Source of the DNA: Welwitschia mirabilis
Taxonomy: Eukaryota
Reading direction: 5' to 3'
NCBI GenBank assembly: GCA_051453625.1
Contig: JBOZIK010000001.1
Location: 40,365,919 to 40,423,655 of the forward strand
DNA length: 57,737 nucleotides
Positions 51,700-57,737 of the stretch are shown here, piece by piece (the first letter of the stretch is position 1; each line of letters opens with the position of its first letter). The notes under the pieces are model-generated. The model saw nothing but the letters and a program-made list of their open reading frames with translations, had not been told where the DNA came from and ran no database searches. A program made the translations under genes and the position numbers.

Positions 51700-54600
51700 C
51701 TTAATTCAATTAGGTGCTTGATGGATTCCATCATAGTTTGCTCCCTTTTTGCTATAACATGGAGTCACATGATAGTAAAATTTATTCCTTCTTCTGAATT
51801 TTTAATAGGTGGTGCTTCTTTTGGATCAAATGTAATTAAATGTTATTTTCTCTTAGTAATTATGATTTGATTCTTTCTAATTTATGGTTTGCCTAAGATG
51901 ATATCTTAATGGTGTCATTTCATTGAGTAAGTACCTAGTCTTGTTGGTCATGTTTTAAATATTTTGAACATTAGTAACTCTTTCTTGCCTCCTTTCTTAA
52001 AAATTCATGATTCTAAGAAAGGAGAATGTGAAATTTGTGTAATAATACATTAAAAGGAGGATAAAATCTTGACTTAAAATAATTTAAAACAAGGACTTAA
52101 CAGTAATATTTCTTTCTTATAATGTCTAATCCCCATTTTTTGAAAATCCATATAAGATCAATTGGGTGTAATTTGTTTTGTGATTGACATAGGATTAGGA
52201 CATGAATTGGACATTTATGACAATTTTTGACATAGTTGACACAGTCTTCTTACAAAGTTGTCCAATAATACTCTGAACGAATGATGTGGAGAGCTAATGA
52301 TTTTGCCTTGTAGTGTATTCCACATAAGCCATGATGGGCTTCTTTTAAGATTACTGATGATTTAAAAGATTTTAGGTAATACAGTAAGATACCATTAAAT
52401 GACCTTTTGAAAAGTTAATATTGGATTAGAGATAATTTTATTGCTTTCATTTGAAAATTTTACTTTGAAAGTCAGTGAACCTATCAGGCAGTGTTTGATC
52501 TATTAAATACTACATCATGGTCTTATGTTAATCATCTAATTGGATTGCATTTTTTATGACCTTTAAACTTTTTCCCTATCCAGTGTCTAAAATTTTAATT
52601 GCTTTTTATTCCTCCAAATAGGACTCATCTATTTTTGACATGTTTACAATCATTTTCATTATCAAATCATGTAGACAATAGTTGACCAAGTTGAATAGAT
52701 TATTTGCTGTTTTGTTGTTTCTTCATGAAGTTGACTCAATCTCATAGCTAGCCAATTGGGATATGCTTTTTTTTGCTTCTTCTAAATAGGTTTGTAGAGT
52801 TTTTGACTTACATTCATATGTTTTGATAACTTGGTTGACCACGAGTTGAGAATCTCCAATGACTTTTAAGTTGTGTAACCTCAACTGAATGGCTATGATC
52901 CCTCTTAATAGTTCTTTGTACTTAGCTATGTTATTTGTGCAAGGAAATTTGAACTTGAATGACATGGGCATGCAAGTTTGATTACTTTGAAAAATAAAAA
53001 TACCCCTTTCAAGCTCCCATTTTGATTTTTGACTTCATTGAAATACATGTAGGTATTTCACTTCTTTCTTCTTTCAAAAGGAATATCCCTTCATTTAGGA
53101 ATTGATCATGGGACATATCACTTTATTCCTCTTTTTGTTGAGGTTTGCTAGTTGTTCTATGATGCATCTCCCTTTAACTAATTTCTATGATTGAAATTCT
53201 AAATTAGACTAAGCTAAGAGTGAAACACATTTTCTTAATCTAGTGCTTTTAATTGAAAATTCAAGTATTTATTTTAGTATATTTTGGTAGTTAATCACTA
53301 TTTTCTTTCCTTTGATCATGTAATGCCTAAATTTATATGAGGCTAATAGTAGGATTAGACATGTTTTTTTAATATCAAAGTAATTCTTTTCATACTAATA
53401 TAACATTTAACTTATGTAGTAGATCGACTTATCTTTGTGATCTTTGTATCATTAAAAAATCATGGCACTTATTGCATGTTGAGTGTGGGTCAAGTACAAG
53501 TAGAATGGGTAATTTAGATTTAGTGGGCTTAATATTAATTAAGTTATTAAATAGTTTTTAATCCTTCTAAATACTTCTTGGTATTTCTCATCCCAATTAG
53601 AGGTTATCTCTTTTTCTTAATAGATGCATGAATAGTTTGCACCTATTGGTTAATGTTGAGATAAAATGTCTTATTGATTGTAACCTATCTTGTAGTCCTT
53701 TTAATTCTTTTAAGTTTTTGGATGGAGGAATTTTTGTTATTGCTTTAACTTTTTTAGTATCTATCTCTATCCCCCTCTTTAATACCATGAATCCTAGTAA
53801 TTTTCCTGATTAGACTCCTAAAATGCATTTCTAGGGATTTAACTCTAGGTTGTATTTCTGAGCTATTTAAAATAACCTTTGTAAGTCTTAAGGATGTTGT
53901 TTGGCTTGTTATGATTTTACAACTATATCATAGACATAGCCTTCGACTGACTTGTGAATCAATTTGTATAAGATATAAGTCATGGCTCATTGATAAGTTA
54001 CACCAGCGTTCTATAGTTCAAATGTCAATAAACGATCCCCATGGAGTTATGAAGGTGGTTTTGTGTTGATATTAGGGATTGATAAAGATTTGATTATAGC
54101 CCTAATACGCATCCTAAAAGATAATAATTCATACCTAGTTGTATGATCTACCAAAGTATTAATGTTCGATAGGTCCTTAAGGATGACTTTGTTCAAATCT
54201 TGAAACTCTATACATATTTTAGTCCTTCCATTCTTCTTCACAACTATAACCATGTTTGAAACCCAATCAAAGTAATTAATAGGTTTGATAAACTCAATGT
54301 TGAATATTTTCTTTGACTGCTAAGGCAATTTTTGAGTTCAAATTTTGAGTCTTTTGTTTGACTGGAGTTATTTCTAAGTTAGTTACAATGTTGTGCATGA
54401 CTATAAATTTACTTATGCCAAGAATGTCTTTATATTTTCATGAAAAAAATATTCCATTCTTCAAGGGAATCTATTGTAGTTCATCCTTCAAGTTTATTGA
54501 TAAATCTTGGTTGATTTTCAGTGTTTGATCTTTGTCTTAGGGATTAATACAAAAATCATAAGTTTCTATGTTTTGAAAGGTGGATAGGAATGTTTCAGTT

Positions 54601-56250
54601 TTTTGGCATTTTAGCTCTTCATAAATAAATTAATCTTCACAGTCTTGATTTAGATTATTTTCTAAGGTAGAATGGAAATGGTTGAAAGTATGGTTTAGGT
54701 GCCTTAGATTGTGGCCATTTTAAATGAATTTTAATGAAGCTACAATCTTCTTTGATTGTTGGGACATTGCTCTCTTTTCCCTTTTTCTTTTCTACAATGA
54801 AAGTTACTTCTTTTTATTTTTGGTATATCTCAAAATATGATTTATCTATGAAATGTAGATATATAAGGTAAAAGAATTAATTCTAATTCTTAGCACATTT
54901 TTCTTAGTCAACTATGTCAAGATATTAACACCATATATTGACCTACCTTTTTATTATTTTTTTTGTCATTATTAGAGTTTTAAATCAATAAAGAAAGGGG
55001 AAGGAACTTCATATTACTGAATTGCAATGTTTCTATTCTCGACGAAGATCATAGTTTGAGAGAGATTGTGAGTACAAAGGGTTTTTTTCCAATAGGTTTT
55101 AGTGCAATAATTTTTCATTTTAGTGAAGAGCATTTGTGTGAGGGGTCAGGGTGTGCAAGGAAGGAGGTCAAGGAAGGGAACCATGAAGAAGAGTTATTTA
55201 ATTTCTGAATTAGGTTTCTTTTGTGTTTTTTTGGGTTTGTCTTTTCTTTAGCTTGATTTGTAGGTTTGATTTTATTTAATGTAGTTGGAGTAATTTTTCA
55301 AAGAAAATGGTGTCAGAAGGTTTTACTAGCTTTACAACATAGCAAACCTTATTCTAAAATTTATTCAAAAGAAAGAGGAGAGGAAGATGTAACTCCAAAG
55401 GAAAAGTTCCCCAGCTCTTTATCTTTGTACATACTAGTTATGAGAGAAGCATCAAATAGCTCAAATTACATCGAGGTCATAGAATTTCAAGTCATTCTAT
55501 GATCAGATTAGTAGGCAAGAGGATTCTGAGGTAAAAGAGTAAAGGGGTAGATTCTGAGAATATTGAACTACATTTAGGATCTAGATCTTCAAAGAAGTGC
55601 AAGATTTAAAAAGATGAAGAGGAATTAAAATGTTCCACATCAAAAAAGTGGAGCCAAATATTTATGAGAAAAGATGTTAAGAACATGAACCTTATTGAGG
55701 TATTGAAGCAAAAGTCATCTTAGAAAGAAGGGCTAGTTTAAAATAATTTACTGGTTTTGTTTTTTGCATGTGTAATCATTGTATACTTTTCTAGTTTCAG
55801 ATATGGTGCGATCTTTTTCATAGAGGATAGGGCTGATGAAATTCATCTAAGGTGGTAAATATATTTTAGTTTTCATCAACTGTTTGAGGAAAATTTTTGG
55901 TTTGACAAATGGTGAACAACATATTAGAAGCAAGAGAGTGAGTCAATCAGAAAAAGACTAGGCTTTTACATATTTGGGGGTTAAATTGAAACTAGAGTCT
56001 AATTTCCTCACTTTTGTTAACTCTTTTTGTTTGAGAGTAATGCCTAATGATCACACTGATTCTTCAGGGGTCCCAGTTTAGGTTTTAAGAATCTGTATTC
56101 TATGTTTGAAGTAAGGACAACCTTTAAATGGTGGTCTTGAATGAGGGCAAGGATGTTTTAGAAAATACGACATTTTAAGAGAAGCTAAGAATATACTTTC
56201 CTCTTTAGTTTTAATTTGAATTACCTCCTCTTAATTGGTATTTATAAATC
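51700..56250 (-). mobile_element. Tat-group Ty3/Gypsy remnant with order RT-RH-aRH-INT (Ogre/Retand architecture)
   Basis: RT ORFs 54047-54253 (VVKKNGRTKICIEFQDLNK) and 53597-53788 (RGIEIDTKKVKAI), RH ~53150-53500, extra RNase H ORF 52723-52971 (FPCTNNIAKY..IGDSQLVVNQV), INT zinc finger EAHHGLCGIH..YYWTTL..CHKC at ~52200-52345. Confidence 0.88.
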
Positions 56251-56399
56251 ATTATCCTTAGGTGATTATAGGATCAAGATTATTCTAGCAAGATATTTGT
56301 CTAGAGGTTAAAGAGGGAGAGAGCTCCATTGAGATTAATGATAGATCTGTTGGGTTTTAATTTTATTTTAAGCAGTGATTAGATTAGATCCACATGTGA

Positions 56400-57737
56400 T
56401 GGAATGTGGTTTCTTAAAGTTTGGATTTAGTTAATGCTAAATATGGCACATGTTATTATATAAATTAGTTCAATTTTAATAAAATTTTTGAGTTAATTCC
56501 ATTGAATATTATTCTTACTCCCTAGGACTTCTCCCAGTTTTGAAGCTCGACTACACATGAGGGTTTAAAATACACAAATGGTATCAAAGCCTCCTATGTT
56601 AATATCTTACTAGCTAGGCACAAAGATCTCAATTACATTCCATCTTCCTCCTCTTATTTTGATGATTAACCTGAATACTACATTTGTAGATGGCTCTTAT
56701 TCACAAATGAAAGCGATGAGTTGGAGACATCTACTACTTCAATCCGTCTTGAGAATTAGCTCAGAGAGTAGACTCAACTCTAGAATTTTTTTGATTATAT
56801 GGTTACTTGCATAGATTTGAGGTCTGCAGCATGCTGGAAGTGTATCCAAATCAAATCTCAAATTGATGCACACTTAGCTTACAAGAATTTCTTTACAAAT
56901 TTGTTGCTAAAAGGTCCATGGAGAAAGAATGAGATTTATCTTTCTCTTTCCTTATTTTCCATGGAATGCTATAAGTGTTTGACTCCTTCTCATTCACAAC
57001 TTAAATCTTCTAAAGATTGGATACTTCTAGATGATAGACAACACATTATAACATGCTCTAGCTAAAGGATAAGACGAGAAATGATAAATCAAGGAATATT
57101 TCTAGGGATCCATGGATTCAAAGCAATAGCGCTCCATTGAGAAACCTACAAAACTATCATAGACAAATCTAGAGCGATGTCTCATCTTGAAGAGTTTAAG
57201 ATGTTACAAGTAAAAAACCAAAATCATACATTTCAAAAAAGCACTTACATTTTTGAAGCAATGTTGGACAAATGGTGGACATCCATTTGCAGATTGCTTT
57301 CCTAAATTGATGTCTTGAAAGAAAGTGACTTACAACTTTACAGGCTTATGCTATGTTTCTTATAGCTTATATGAAATGCATATCATTCAATGAGGAAGTA
57401 ATTAAGGCTGGCTTGCATAGAGAAGGAAGAGCTATGAATAAGAAAGATGCAGATAAAAATGAAGAAGATGTTGTAGCAGAGAATAAAGAAGGAAAGAGAT
57501 CAACCAAAAAAGCATATTTTAAACAATATTTTCTATTTCCTCGAGTCATAAGATGTTGAGGACTCTGATTTCATGCCTCTAGATGAGCTAACTTGGTGAC
57601 TTAAGGAGAAAACAATGAGTAACTATTGTGCTTCATTTTTTTCTTCAAGTTTTATAAAACATTTGGAGTCCCCTGTGTTTTACAGTAAAAAGCAGAGAGA
57701 TTATGATAAAAAATAGAGTTCTTTTGATGAAAAACAG
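56400..57737 (+). mobile_element. Start of another LTR retrotransposon: LTR end at 56576, PBS 56579-56590, decayed gag-like region
   Basis: ...tacaCA-aa-TGGTATCAAAGC matches the iMet PBS at 11 of 12 positions and is followed by stop-riddled coding-like sequence. The LTR start was not determined. Confidence 0.6.

Overview
AT-rich plant nuclear DNA from a draft scaffold with several N gaps. It contains one intact host gene, a 3-exon actin-depolymerizing factor of the ADF5/subclass III type (28661-29273, +, 143 aa), inside a ~2.2 kb CpG-retaining island. Most of the rest is nested, heavily C->T/G->A-eroded LTR retrotransposons. These are SIRE/Copia (1-4995, plus an LTR at ~15050-16205), several Athila-like elements (two with paired LTRs and no RT/INT), a short-LTR Copia with both LTRs and a probable TSD (18663-25251), two Tat-group elements with different positions of the extra RNase H, and a chromovirus-like LTR. 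Most notable: (i) the short-LTR Copia carries a plant mobile domain (PMD) remnant and a tRNA-like A/B-box module in a ~2.9 kb leader; (ii) a ~60-bp tandem array in which each unit is an LTR-end plus tRNA-iMet primer binding site; (iii) a PR-aRH-RT-RH-INT Tat element, which suggests a non-angiosperm, probably gymnosperm, host (inference); (iv) a promoter-like ABRE/TATA cluster facing back into the ADF gene. All calls come from manual reading and translation. No database searches were run, and TE boundaries are approximate unless LTR termini are quoted.
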